DNA from: Sandaracinaceae bacterium
Lineage (GTDB): Bacteria > Myxococcota_A > Polyangia > Polyangiales > Sandaracinaceae
Direction of reading: 5' to 3'
DNA length: 46,266 nt
NCBI GenBank assembly: GCA_044220955.1
Contig: JBGAQA010000052.1
Location: 1-46,266, forward strand
The notes beneath the pieces are model-generated. The model was not told the origin of the DNA. It saw nothing but the letters and a program-made list of their open reading frames with translations, and searched no databases. A program made the translations under genes and the position numbers. Shown piece after piece: positions 8,417 to 18,157 of the stretch (its first letter is position 1; each line of letters begins with the position of its first letter).

Positions 8417-9865
8417 TCATCGGGATTCCAGGGTGGGGCCGAAGGCCGCGCGCTCCGAGCGGATCCACCAGTCGGACTGGCCCCGAGGCGCGAAGCGGTA
8501 GTCGTAGCGGACACTGCGCACGTAGCGCGGGCGGCGGCCCTCGAAGGGGTCGCTGCCGAAGAGCGCGAGCACGTCGGGGCGCGCCTCGAGCAGGCCGATC
8601 TCGGTCGCGACGATCCAGCCCTCGGGCTCGCCGCGCAGACCGGCGAACCAGATCATCCAGTCCAGGCGCGGCATGTGCGGCGTCGAGACCGCCGGAGGGC
8701 GCGCGGGATCGCCCGACTGCCAGCGGTAGTCGTACTCGCGCCAGGTCTCGCCGTCCTCGGACCCCTCGAAGATCACGATGGGGCGCTCGCGCGTCATCAC
8801 CGCGAAGAGGCCATAGCCGTTCGCGACGCGGAACGGGTCCGCCGCCTCGTCGATCGCGATCACGGCGCCGGGGAACGAGGCACGCGCGCCGAGCGTCGAG
8901 AGGAGGGCGAGCACGCCGAGGAGCATCTGCGCACACGCGAGCACCCCGACGACGGCCCTCGGCGGGACGGGCGGACGCGACGCCTCGGGCGCCACCCGCC
9001 GGAGGTGCGCGAGCGCGTCGTCGTCCACGAGCGAGATCACCAGCGCGAGCGCGAGCAGATCGAAGAAGCCGTAGTTGCCGGTGATCGCGATGATCGCGAG
9101 CAGGAGCGCGAACGCGCTCGCCGCGATCCGCCGTCCCAGCGTGCCGAGCACGATCGCCCAAGGTAGGACGAGCTCGACCACGAAGGTGAGCGCCACGCCG
9201 GCGGTGTGCATCCACGCCGGCGCGAAGTGCATCGCGTAGCCCGCCGGCGTGGGGAGCGGCTGGGTCTCGAAGTGGTAGTCGAGCGCGCGCATCGAGCTCC
9301 ACGCGTCATCGCCGGACGCCAGCTTGACGTAGCCCGCGGCGAACATCAGCCGTCCGATCAGCAGCCAGAGCGCGAAGAGCGCGAGCGGGTGCGGGACGTG
9401 CGGCCGCGTCAGCGGGACGTGGCGCAGCGTGAGCGGAGAGGCGAGCGCCGCGATCACGAGCGACTCGGTGAGGAGCGTGTCCCACTGGAGCGGCAGGAAG
9501 GGCACCCCGAGCGAGACGAACGAGAGGTACGCCGCGTAAGCGAGCAGCGGTGCGAGCCCGCCGCCGACGCCGAGCACCATCAGAGCGCTCGCGAGCTCGC
9601 CGGCGACGCACACCGCGTGCAGTGCCGCGTCGGACGCGCCCGTCGCGAGCAGCACGCTCGGCGCCAACGCCCACGGGCTCTCGACGCGCGTCCTGAGGAA
9701 CTCGACGCTCTGCGCGAGGGGATCGATCCCGTGCGCGCCGAAGAGGCCGATGACCTGTACGTGCAGCGACACGAACGCGCAGAACGACACGAGCCCGATC
9801 GCGCGCAGCGTCAGCGCGACGCAGAGCGCATGCCGTCGCGCGATCGACGCCATCGAGGCGAGCAC
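8417..9865 (-). CDS. lipase maturation factor (LMF1) family membrane protein
   Basis: Multiple TM segments; LQWDTLLTE, RLMFAAGYVKL, YHFETQPLP, TGNYGFF, NGYGLFAVMT, PHMPRLDWMIWF are LMF1-type motifs. Confidence 0.9.
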   Translation of the reverse strand: MLASMASIARRHALCVALTLRAIGLVSFCAFVSLHVQVIGLFGAHGIDPLAQSVEFLRTRVESPWALAPSVLLATGASDAALHAVCVAGELASALMVLGVGGGLAPLLAYAAYLSFVSLGVPFLPLQWDTLLTESLVIAALASPLTLRHVPLTRPHVPHPLALFALWLLIGRLMFAAGYVKLASGDDAWSSMRALDYHFETQPLPTPAGYAMHFAPAWMHTAGVALTFVVELVLPWAIVLGTLGRRIAASAFALLLAIIAITGNYGFFDLLALALVISLVDDDALAHLRRVAPEASRPPVPPRAVVGVLACAQMLLGVLALLSTLGARASFPGAVIAIDEAADPFRVANGYGLFAVMTRERPIVIFEGSEDGETWREYDYRWQSGDPARPPAVSTPHMPRLDWMIWFAGLRGEPEGWIVATEIGLLEARPDVLALFGSDPFEGRRPRYVRSVRYDYRFAPRGQSDWWIRSERAAFGPTLESR

Positions 9866-9866
9866 G

Positions 9867-10712
9867 TCACTCCGCGCCGAGCGCGCGCACGAGGTGCGGC
9901 ACCCACTCGCCCGCGGTGCCCTTGAGCACGATGCCGTTCTGTGCCCCGTGAGCGATGCGCGTGAAGGGCGAGTCGTCCGGGCCGACGACGACGAGCGGGA
10001 TCCCGCGCCGCGCCGCGAGCGAGACGAGGTGCGAGGGCAGGCTCGTCGCGCCGCTCGTGCCCACCACCACCAGCATCGCCGCGCGCGCGCCCGCGTCCAT
10101 GGCGCTCTCGAAGCGGAAGAGCTCTTCGTCGTAGCTCTCGTCGAACCAGAGCACGTGCGGTCGGGCCCACCCTGGCCCGCCGGACCCCGCGCCCTCGCAG
10201 CAGCGCAGCGCCGCCCGGTCGCCCTCGCTCAGCTTGTGCGCCCTGGGCCAGTCGACGCGGATGGACGCCGGGATGTCGCGCAGGCGCGGGTGCTCCTGCT
10301 CGCAGCGCATGAAGTCGATGTTGCCGTGGATCTGGTAGCACCGCGCCGCGCTCGTCCCCGCGCGCAGGTGCAGTCCGTCCACGTTCTGCGTGACGAGGAG
10401 GAAGCGGTCCGCCAGCACCTTCTCGGCAGCCACGAGCGCGAGGTGCGCCGCGTTCGGCCGCGCCGCGCGGCAGACGCCGCGTCGATACAGGTACCAGGCC
10501 CAGATCTCCTCCGGCATCTGCGCGAACGCCGCGCGCGTCGCGAGCTCCTCCGGCTGGTAGTTCACCGAGCCGACCTTCCAGTAGCCCTCGGCCCCGCGGA
10601 ACGTCGGCACGCCGCTCTCGGCCGAGATGCCGGCGCCCGTGAGGAAGACGATCGGGCCCTCGCGCTCGAGGGCGGCGGCGCTCAGCTCGGCGATGCGTTC
10701 GTCGGCGTCCAT
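9867..10712 (-). CDS. cobB: NAD-dependent protein deacylase (Sir2 family, class III-like)
   Basis: TGAGISAESGVPTFRG, TQNVDGLH, IHGNI, RPHVLWFDE, VGTSG; YxxR (WYLYRR). Confidence 0.93.
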   Translation of the reverse strand: MDADERIAELSAAALEREGPIVFLTGAGISAESGVPTFRGAEGYWKVGSVNYQPEELATRAAFAQMPEEIWAWYLYRRGVCRAARPNAAHLALVAAEKVLADRFLLVTQNVDGLHLRAGTSAARCYQIHGNIDFMRCEQEHPRLRDIPASIRVDWPRAHKLSEGDRAALRCCEGAGSGGPGWARPHVLWFDESYDEELFRFESAMDAGARAAMLVVVGTSGATSLPSHLVSLAARRGIPLVVVGPDDSPFTRIAHGAQNGIVLKGTAGEWVPHLVRALGAE

Positions 10713-10716
10713 GCGA

Positions 10717-12738
10717 TCACGCCGGGACGTACCAGATGGGCGAGGTCCAGGCGCGCTCCTGGATGGTGTCCGGGAGCGAGCCGTCGCAGCAAGCGCGGAG
10801 CGGCGAGTCGGTCGCGAGGGTGGCGCAGTCCACGCCCTCGGCGTTGCAGAGCCGCCGGCTCCAGCGGCAGCTCGGGTCCTCCAGCACGCGCGCGTAGTAG
10901 AAGGCGGGGCGCGTCGGATCGAAGCTCGGGTCGGTCCACACGTCGCAGAGCGTGGCCGAGCCCCTCGGCGTCGGCGTGCACGTGGCGACGTCGACCGTCG
11001 AGCCGTCGCCCGCCGCGCCCGCGACGTCGAACACCTGCTCGTGCGTGCCCGCGTCGTCGAGCCAGCCCTTCACGATCTGGATGCGCTCGAGCGGCACGGA
11101 GAGATCGTCCTGCAGCGCCGAGACGACGAAGCGCGGCGCCGTCGCGCCGGCTAGGATGGGCGGGAGCTCGCCTCCCATCGGAACGCCGCCCTCGTAGCCG
11201 TGCTGCACGAGCATCGGATCGCTGCACGCCGTGTCGGGATAGCTCCAGCCGCCGAAGAAGCGCACGACGATGCGCGTGCCGCTCGTCGCATACGTCTCGC
11301 GGCGCCGCATCGCATCGAAGAGCGCGTCGCGGCTGTTCTCCTCGGCCCAGACCACGGCCAGGCCCCCGGGGCCGTTGGTGTTCACGGAGACCGGCACGCT
11401 GCCCGGCGGCCTCAGCCGGCCCGCGGCGTCCGCGTCGTAGTCGGCGACGTGGCCTGGCCAGTCGGCCTCGTCCACGGCGCCTGGGATCGCCGAGTGCGTG
11501 TCGGTGCTCGCGATGAAGCCGAGCTCGAAGGGGTTCACGCCGATGCGCGCCCACTCGGCCAGGCCCGTGCGCAGGCCCGCGCGGACGAAGTCGCGCGGCT
11601 CGACGCAGCTGCCGGTGAAGCCCTGCCCGCCCCCGATCGAGCAGATGTTCGTGCAGCCGGGCGGATCGCCCGGCGTCGTGCAGAGCACGGGCGCGATCGC
11701 CTCGAAGTCGCAGAGCGTGTCCTCGCTCGCGAGCGGATCGACGGCGCCGGTGAGGCACTCGGACGCTCCCTTGTGCTGGTAGATCTCGACGAGCGGCTCG
11801 AGGCGCGCGCGCTGGCTCGCCTGGGCCGCCGTGTAGGGCGCGCCGCCGTCGCCCTCGGGCACGAAGAAGACGCCGCCGCCGAGGTTCGAGTTGTGCGGGA
11901 TCGCGAGCACGTCGCAGGGCGTGCCCGAGTCGAGGCACTCGCGCTCGAGCGCGCTCCAGAGCCGCTCGGGGGTCGGCGTCTCGAGGTAGCTGATGGGCGT
12001 GCTCGGCACCGAGCGGTTCCGGAAGAGGATGTTGCGGTGCAGGTTGTTCACGCCCGTCGCGGCCGACCACTCGTAGCCGACGAAGGTCGTGAACGCGCAC
12101 GCGGGCGTGCGGTCGTAGAACTCCTCGGCCGCGTCCTGGATCTGCGTCCACACCTCGCCGAGGCGCGCCTCGCAGGTCGCGCGATCGGTCGCGCCGACGC
12201 ACGGGTCCGGGCGCACCGGCGTCGGCGAGAGCAGCGCGGTCGCCCAGTCGAGCGGCGGCAGCGTCGTCGCGCGGCGGTAGCCGTCACACGTGCGCGACGC
12301 GTAGCCGGGCGAGCTCGGATCGGTACAGAGGCTCGTCTCGCGCAGGAACTCCGAGTGATCGGTCACCGCCGCGAAGTCGAGCGGCCGCGCCAGCCGCGCC
12401 GTGCGCGTCGCGGTGCCCGAGGCATCCCAGGGCGCGATGCCGATCTCGTCCCCGCGCGCGAAGCGGTACGCGTCGCGCGGCGTGCTTCGGTTGCCCCAGA
12501 TCTGTGCGTCGAACGAGAGCCGCGTGTGCACGTGCAGGTCGCCGAAGAAGGGGCGCCGCAGCGGGTCGTGATCCGCGCACGGCTGTCGTGTGTCGGGAAG
12601 CGAGACGATGGGGTTCGCGGCGTCGACGCCCGCGTCCGCGCCGCGCGCCGCGTCGAGCCCGGCGTCCACGTCGGCAGCGGGCGCGCCCGTGCAGGCGAGC
12701 GTGAGCGCGAGCGCGAGCGGAGCGGCGAGGCGGCGCAC
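10717..12738 (-). CDS. DUF3604 domain lipoprotein (PHP-like metallohydrolase)
   Basis: GTG start, lipobox LTLAC; FFGDLHVHTRLSFDA, LDFAAVTDHSEF, GYEWS, NLHRNILFR, IPHNSN, STDTH, ETYATSG, QERAWTSPIWY. Confidence 0.9.
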   Translation of the reverse strand: MRRLAAPLALALTLACTGAPAADVDAGLDAARGADAGVDAANPIVSLPDTRQPCADHDPLRRPFFGDLHVHTRLSFDAQIWGNRSTPRDAYRFARGDEIGIAPWDASGTATRTARLARPLDFAAVTDHSEFLRETSLCTDPSSPGYASRTCDGYRRATTLPPLDWATALLSPTPVRPDPCVGATDRATCEARLGEVWTQIQDAAEEFYDRTPACAFTTFVGYEWSAATGVNNLHRNILFRNRSVPSTPISYLETPTPERLWSALERECLDSGTPCDVLAIPHNSNLGGGVFFVPEGDGGAPYTAAQASQRARLEPLVEIYQHKGASECLTGAVDPLASEDTLCDFEAIAPVLCTTPGDPPGCTNICSIGGGQGFTGSCVEPRDFVRAGLRTGLAEWARIGVNPFELGFIASTDTHSAIPGAVDEADWPGHVADYDADAAGRLRPPGSVPVSVNTNGPGGLAVVWAEENSRDALFDAMRRRETYATSGTRIVVRFFGGWSYPDTACSDPMLVQHGYEGGVPMGGELPPILAGATAPRFVVSALQDDLSVPLERIQIVKGWLDDAGTHEQVFDVAGAAGDGSTVDVATCTPTPRGSATLCDVWTDPSFDPTRPAFYYARVLEDPSCRWSRRLCNAEGVDCATLATDSPLRACCDGSLPDTIQERAWTSPIWYVPA

Positions 12739-12908
12739 GCGGCGATGGTAGCCGAAAGGGCCGGCTCGTTGCGTTCGTGACCGAGGGCGAGGCGCGCGCA
12801 GGTCACGCCCTGCGTCATTCGTTTCGAGGGATTCACGCGGGGGTGCTACCGTAAGATCCGGGACCGCGGCACTCGCAGCGCGGGTGGCCCTGCCGCCGAG
12901 GTGGAGCG

Positions 12909-13853
12909 ATGGTGCGACGTTGGGGGATCGTGGTCGTCGGATGTGCGCTGTGGATGGCCATGCCGATGTCGGGCGGGCGCGTGTCCGCTCAGACCGAAGA
13001 GAGCGCGGACGACGCCGCTCGGCGGCACTTCCGGCTGGGCCAGGCTCACTACGAGAACGGTGAGTTCGCCGAGGCTGCGACGGAGTTCGACGAGGCCTAT
13101 CGGCTCTCGCAACGCCCCCAGCTGCTCTACAACATCTACGTCTCGTACCGCGACGCCGGCGACCTGCCGCACGCCGCCGAGGCGCTCCGGACCTATCTCC
13201 AGCTCGTGCCGGACGCCGAGAACGGTGCGCAGCTGCGCGCGCGGCTCGCGTCGATGGAGCGGCTGCTGACGAGCCACGGGACGACGACGACGGGCTCGGG
13301 CGCGAGCGGGGACGCGACGACCGGAACGAGCGGGGACGCGACCTCGACCGCGTCGAGCGGAGACGCGACCTCGACGACCGCATCGACCGGGGACACGAGC
13401 TCGTCGGCGGGATCGACCGGCGACGCGAGCGCGTCGACGTCGAGCGTGAGCGGGGACACCACCTCGGGGACGACCTCACGGAGCCCGTCGTCCAGCGCGT
13501 CGGGCGGTTTCGGCAGCTCGCCCGTGGGATGGATCGTGGGCGGCGTGGGCGCCGCAGCCATCGTCGCCGGGATCGTCACGGGTGTGATGGCGCTCGACGC
13601 GCAGTCCAGCCTCGACGCGATGTGCGGACCGGATCGACGTAGCTGCCCGCCGGGCTTCGAGAGCCAGCGCAGCACCGGCCAGTCGCTCGGCGCGGCGACC
13701 GACGGCCTGCTGATCGGCGGCGGCGTCGCCCTCGCCACGGGCGTCGTGCTGCTCTTCTTGTTGACCGATGGCGGCACCTCCGAGCCGCCCGCCACCGTGA
13801 CGGGCGGCTGCAGCCCCACTGGCTGCTCGGGCGCCGTCTCCGTTCGATTCTGA
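12909..13853 (+). CDS. secreted TPR protein with Ser/Thr-rich linker and hydrophobic C-terminal domain
   Basis: Signal peptide; ARRHFRLGQAHYENGEF...LLYNI...A..LRTYL TPR pattern; S/T/G linker; two hydrophobic Gly-rich segments; ends in VSVRF. Confidence 0.85.
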   Translation: MVRRWGIVVVGCALWMAMPMSGGRVSAQTEESADDAARRHFRLGQAHYENGEFAEAATEFDEAYRLSQRPQLLYNIYVSYRDAGDLPHAAEALRTYLQLVPDAENGAQLRARLASMERLLTSHGTTTTGSGASGDATTGTSGDATSTASSGDATSTTASTGDTSSSAGSTGDASASTSSVSGDTTSGTTSRSPSSSASGGFGSSPVGWIVGGVGAAAIVAGIVTGVMALDAQSSLDAMCGPDRRSCPPGFESQRSTGQSLGAATDGLLIGGGVALATGVVLLFLLTDGGTSEPPATVTGGCSPTGCSGAVSVRF

Positions 13854-13890
13854 GCGTTCTCTCCGTCGACCGACGTCGTGAGGTGTCTTC

Positions 13891-16800
13891 ATGCATCGAC
13901 GCTTTCTTTCCCCCGCTCGCCGCCTCGTCTTTCTTCCGGGCGTCCTGCTCGCCCTCGCCGCCGCGCCCGGCTGCGAGCTCGCGACGCACTTCGGTGACTT
14001 CCAGCAGGCCGCCGATACCGGAGCCTCCGAGGCCGGCGCATCGGACGCCGGCGACGCGGGCCGAGACGCTGCGCTCGACTCCGCCGTGGACGTGGGGCCG
14101 ATGCTCGACGCGGGGGCCGACTCGGGGACCGACGCCGGCAGCGCGCCGACGCACCGCGTGACGGTGACGATCACGGGCCCGGGCACGGCGTCGCTGCGCT
14201 CGAGCGACTCCACGTTCACGTGCGCGTCGGGAACGTGCACCTGGGACGTCCCGGAAGGAAGCCTGACGGTGCAGTCGACGCCGAGCGCGACGAGCGTGCT
14301 CGCGAGCTGGGACGGCGCCTGCACGGGAACGGCGATCGGGTCGTCCTCCTGCACCATCGACGTCATGGCCGACGTGGCGCTCGGCGCGACGTACCACATC
14401 CGGCAGGTCACCCTCGACGTCGGCATCACGGGCGTCGGAACGGTGACGAGCACGACGCCGGCGAGCCTCGGCATCAGCTGCACCGGCTCCACCACGGGCT
14501 GCAGCGCCACGGTCGATGCGGGCACGAGCATCACGCTGCACGCGGTCGGCGCCAGCGGGTACAACTTCGCCGGGTGGACGCTGCCGAGCTGCACCGGCAC
14601 GGGCGACTGCTCGTTCACGATCGCCATGGACACGCACGTGGACGCGACCTTCACCGACGGGCGCGTCGTCGTCGGCGTCGCGCGCGGCGGCGACGGGATG
14701 GGCACGATCACCTCCGACGTCGGCGGCATCAGCTGCGGCGCGTCGTGCTCGGCGCTCTACACGTCCGGCACGCACGTGGTGCTCACCGCCGCGCCCGCGC
14801 AGGGCAGCGACGTCACCTCGTGGACGAACTGCCCCGCCGCCGCGACCGGCGCGACGTGTGCGTTCGACGTTCCCGCGAGCGGCACGACGCTGCCGACGAT
14901 CACCGCGAACTTCACGCTCCAGCGCTTCACGCTCACGGTGCGGCGCTCGGGCTCCGGGAGCGGCACCATCACGTCGGGCACGCCGCCGATCAGCTGCGGA
15001 ACGGGCGCGGGATGCCTGGCGATGAACGTCGGCTACGGGACGAGCGTGACGCTCACGGAGGCGCCCTCCGCAGACTCGACGTTCGGTGGCTGGTCCGGCG
15101 CCGCGGGCTGCGGCGCCGGGGCGAGCTGCACGTTCACGGTCACGGGTGACACGACCGTGACGGGCACGTTCGCGCTGCGGACGGTGCACGTCACGTTCGC
15201 GGCGGGCGGCACCGGCAGCGGACAGATCCTCACGGACGACGGCATCATCGCCACGTGCACCGCGAGCGCCGGGACGACGGCGGGCACCTGCGAAGCAGAC
15301 TACCCGATCCACTCCGTCATCACGGTTCGCGGCAACGCCGCGACCGGCTCGATGTTCACGTCGTGGGCGAGCGCGCCCGGCGGGTACTGCTCGGGCGGAT
15401 CGTCCACCACGACTCCGTGCACGTTCATGGCCGAGGAGGACGTCACGATCACGACGTCGTTCAGCATCCGGCGCTACGACCTCGTCTTGACCGCGACCAA
15501 CACGGGCGCGGGCTCCGGCACGGTCGCGTTCTCGACGGGAAGCGTCGGCACGTGCGCCTCGGCCTCGCCGCCCGGCAACACCTGCACCAACAACTACGCG
15601 TACAACACGATGGTGACGCTCACGGCGAGCGCCAGCACCGGCTCGTTCGGCGGCTGGGGCGGCGACTGCGTTTCGGCGGGGACGAGCCCGATGTGTACCG
15701 TCACGATGCTCGCCGCGCGCAACGTGACCGCCTCGTTCGTACCGCCCGGCCTCACGTTGAGCGTCACCACGTCGGGCACGACGACGGGCACGGTCACGGA
15801 CGGCAGCGGCATGATCTCGTGTGGCTCGACGTGCAGCGCCGTCTACGCGTCCGGCAGCATGGTGACGCTCACGGCCGCGCCCAACTCCGCGATGGGCTAC
15901 GTCTTCGGGGGGTGGGGTGGCGCGTGCGCGTTCGCGGGCATGACGACCATGTGCACGCTGACGATCTCGTCCGCGACCAGCGTCGTCGCGAACTTCGTCC
16001 TGCCGACGCGGACCGTCACCGTGACGGGCGCCGGTCCGCTGGGCTCGGGAGCGGTCACGGATGGCGGGGGCAACACGTGCTCGACCGGATCGACCTGCGT
16101 GCAGTCCTACCCGCTCAACTCGGACGTGCTGCTCACCGCGACTCCCGTGGCCGGCTACACGTTCGTCGGCTGGACCGGGTGCCCGCTGGTGGTCGGGGGA
16201 ACGATGTGCCGCATCAACCCGCTCGTGATCGACACGGCGGTGACCGCGACGTTCGCGGTCCAGAACGTCAACCTGCAGGTGACGTTCTCCGGCAACGGTT
16301 CCGGCGCGGTGACGGGCGCCGGACTGAGCTGCCACCAGCCGTCGATGGCGGGCGACGTGTGTAGCGTCTCCATCGCCGTCGGCAGCACCGTCTCGCTGAC
16401 GGCGACGCCGATCACGGGCAGCACGCTCACGGTGTGGGGGGGCGCCTGCTCCGGGAGCGGGGGCTGCACCTTCGTCGCGACCGCGGGCACCACCAGCGTC
16501 ACCGCGACCTTCTCGCTCTTGCAGTACCAGCTCACGGTCGCCCGCCAGCCGACGTCCTCCGCCGGGACGGTCGTCTCGACCGCACCGACCTCGCCCACGA
16601 TCAACTGTGGGGGCGTGTGCACGCAGACGTTCGACCACGGCACGCTCGTCCGGCTGCAAGCCTCGGCGAACGCCGGCTATCGCTTCGCGTCGTGGTCGGT
16701 CTCCGCGTGCGGCACCGCCCCGACGTGCGACGTGACCGTGACCTCGACGCAGACCGTCACGGCGAACTTCGTCCCCGTGCGGACGCTGCAGGTCACGATC

Positions 16801-18114
16801 CCCGGGAGCAGCACGGTCGGCTACGTCCGCAGCGCGAACGTGAGCTCGGTGAGCCCCACGGGCCTCAACTGCACGAACAGCACGGGCGCCGGGCCGGTCA
16901 CGTGCACCGCGGAGTTCGACGTCGGCGCTCCGATCCGCCTGACCTCGAGCGACCCCACGTATCCGTTCTACGGCGTGACGTCGTGGTCGTTCAGCCCGGC
17001 CGGCCCCTCCTGCGGCACAGGGGCGTACGCGCCCGAGTGCCTGTTCACGATGCCCGCCGGGGCCGGCGTGCTCGCGCTCACGACCACCTTCGGTCAGCTC
17101 GGCAACATCGTCTTCCTGAGCGACAACCAGTACCAGCCGGGCGTGCAGTTCATCGGTCCGGGACAGGCCGACGTCCAGTGCCGCAACGAGGCGATGAGCG
17201 CGGGCCTGCCCGGCAGCATGTACGTGGCGTTCCTCTCGACGACCTCCACGGGCATGATGGCGCGCCTCAACGGCCTCGCGCCGCCGCCTCAAGGGTTCGT
17301 CCGCCTCGACGGACGCCCGATCGCCAGCAGCATCACGCAGCTCTTCGGCGGCGCGCTGACCCACCCCATCCACCAGACGGCGACCGGCTCGTACGTGCCC
17401 GACGCGCTCTTCTGGTCGCAGACGAACGACAGCGGCGCTCCCACGTCCATGGGGAACGCGTGTAACGGCTGGGCCGGCAACGCCGGGGCCATGACGACGC
17501 TGGGGCACGCGGGCCGCACCACGCGATGGGCGTCCGACCCGGGCGAGGCTGCGGTCAGCTGCGCGCAGATGCGCCGACTGGTCTGTGTCCAGGCGGACGG
17601 AGGCTCGTTCATGTCCGTCCGTCCGCCGGCACCGCCCTCGGGCGCCATCACCGTGTTCACCACGGCGGGCGTGCGCGGCGGCGACCAGGGGATCGGCGGC
17701 ATGGACTCGCTCTGCGCGAGCGAGGCCTCCGCGGTGGGGCTCACCGGCACTTTCGTCGCGTTCGTGTCGTCGAGCGCGGGCGCGGCCTCGACGCGCACCA
17801 CCCTCACCGGGCCGCTCGTGCGCACCGACGGCTGGACGCTCGGCCCGATGAGCGCGTTCACCTCGAGCAGCGGGCAGCCGCTCGGCACGTTCGCGGTGAG
17901 CGCCGGAGGCGCGCCCACGGCCAGCGTGTCGTCCTGGACCGGGATGCCCGCGAGCGGCGCCAGCGGCACGAGCGGCGCTTGTGCCGACTTCACGGACAGC
18001 GCGATGATCGGCGACGCTGGCTTCCCGGCGAGCGCGGACATCGCGGAGTGGGCGGCCCAGAGCACCAGCAGCCAGTGCAACCGCACCTTCCCGGTGATGT
18101 GCATCCAGCGCTGA
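13891..18114 (+). CDS. large surface lipoprotein/adhesin with about 10 InlB B-repeat-like (bacterial repeat) domains and two C-terminal DUF1554/endostatin-like domains
   Basis: 1407 aa; lipobox APGC; ~75-85 aa repeats GxGTVTS...ISCG..C...VTLTA.P..G..F.GW.G.C....C...VTA.F; two C-terminal units (GPGQADVQC...AGLPG..YVAFLS; GIGGMDSLC...GLTGTFVAFVS). Confidence 0.85.
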   Translation: MHRRFLSPARRLVFLPGVLLALAAAPGCELATHFGDFQQAADTGASEAGASDAGDAGRDAALDSAVDVGPMLDAGADSGTDAGSAPTHRVTVTITGPGTASLRSSDSTFTCASGTCTWDVPEGSLTVQSTPSATSVLASWDGACTGTAIGSSSCTIDVMADVALGATYHIRQVTLDVGITGVGTVTSTTPASLGISCTGSTTGCSATVDAGTSITLHAVGASGYNFAGWTLPSCTGTGDCSFTIAMDTHVDATFTDGRVVVGVARGGDGMGTITSDVGGISCGASCSALYTSGTHVVLTAAPAQGSDVTSWTNCPAAATGATCAFDVPASGTTLPTITANFTLQRFTLTVRRSGSGSGTITSGTPPISCGTGAGCLAMNVGYGTSVTLTEAPSADSTFGGWSGAAGCGAGASCTFTVTGDTTVTGTFALRTVHVTFAAGGTGSGQILTDDGIIATCTASAGTTAGTCEADYPIHSVITVRGNAATGSMFTSWASAPGGYCSGGSSTTTPCTFMAEEDVTITTSFSIRRYDLVLTATNTGAGSGTVAFSTGSVGTCASASPPGNTCTNNYAYNTMVTLTASASTGSFGGWGGDCVSAGTSPMCTVTMLAARNVTASFVPPGLTLSVTTSGTTTGTVTDGSGMISCGSTCSAVYASGSMVTLTAAPNSAMGYVFGGWGGACAFAGMTTMCTLTISSATSVVANFVLPTRTVTVTGAGPLGSGAVTDGGGNTCSTGSTCVQSYPLNSDVLLTATPVAGYTFVGWTGCPLVVGGTMCRINPLVIDTAVTATFAVQNVNLQVTFSGNGSGAVTGAGLSCHQPSMAGDVCSVSIAVGSTVSLTATPITGSTLTVWGGACSGSGGCTFVATAGTTSVTATFSLLQYQLTVARQPTSSAGTVVSTAPTSPTINCGGVCTQTFDHGTLVRLQASANAGYRFASWSVSACGTAPTCDVTVTSTQTVTANFVPVRTLQVTIPGSSTVGYVRSANVSSVSPTGLNCTNSTGAGPVTCTAEFDVGAPIRLTSSDPTYPFYGVTSWSFSPAGPSCGTGAYAPECLFTMPAGAGVLALTTTFGQLGNIVFLSDNQYQPGVQFIGPGQADVQCRNEAMSAGLPGSMYVAFLSTTSTGMMARLNGLAPPPQGFVRLDGRPIASSITQLFGGALTHPIHQTATGSYVPDALFWSQTNDSGAPTSMGNACNGWAGNAGAMTTLGHAGRTTRWASDPGEAAVSCAQMRRLVCVQADGGSFMSVRPPAPPSGAITVFTTAGVRGGDQGIGGMDSLCASEASAVGLTGTFVAFVSSSAGAASTRTTLTGPLVRTDGWTLGPMSAFTSSSGQPLGTFAVSAGGAPTASVSSWTGMPASGASGTSGACADFTDSAMIGDAGFPASADIAEWAAQSTSSQCNRTFPVMCIQR

Positions 18115-18157
18115 CCCGAGGCGAGCCATGGACGCGCCGCGAGGCTGAGCCGGGACG

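Noticed and set aside
9867..10712. Sir2 as part of an anti-phage system (Thoeris, DSR, Sir2-HerA)
   Set aside because: Standalone CobB-type deacylase with canonical motifs and host-like codon usage; no defence partner genes adjacent.
12739..13479. N-terminal extension of the DUF3604 ORF to 13479
   Set aside because: Overlaps the opposite-strand TPR gene; a lipoprotein signal and -10 box define the start at 12738.
13280..13500. Imperfect repeats GG(G/A/C)GACGCGAC in the TPR gene
   Set aside because: Low-complexity Ser/Thr/Gly linker (SGDAT units); protein-level, not a separate element.
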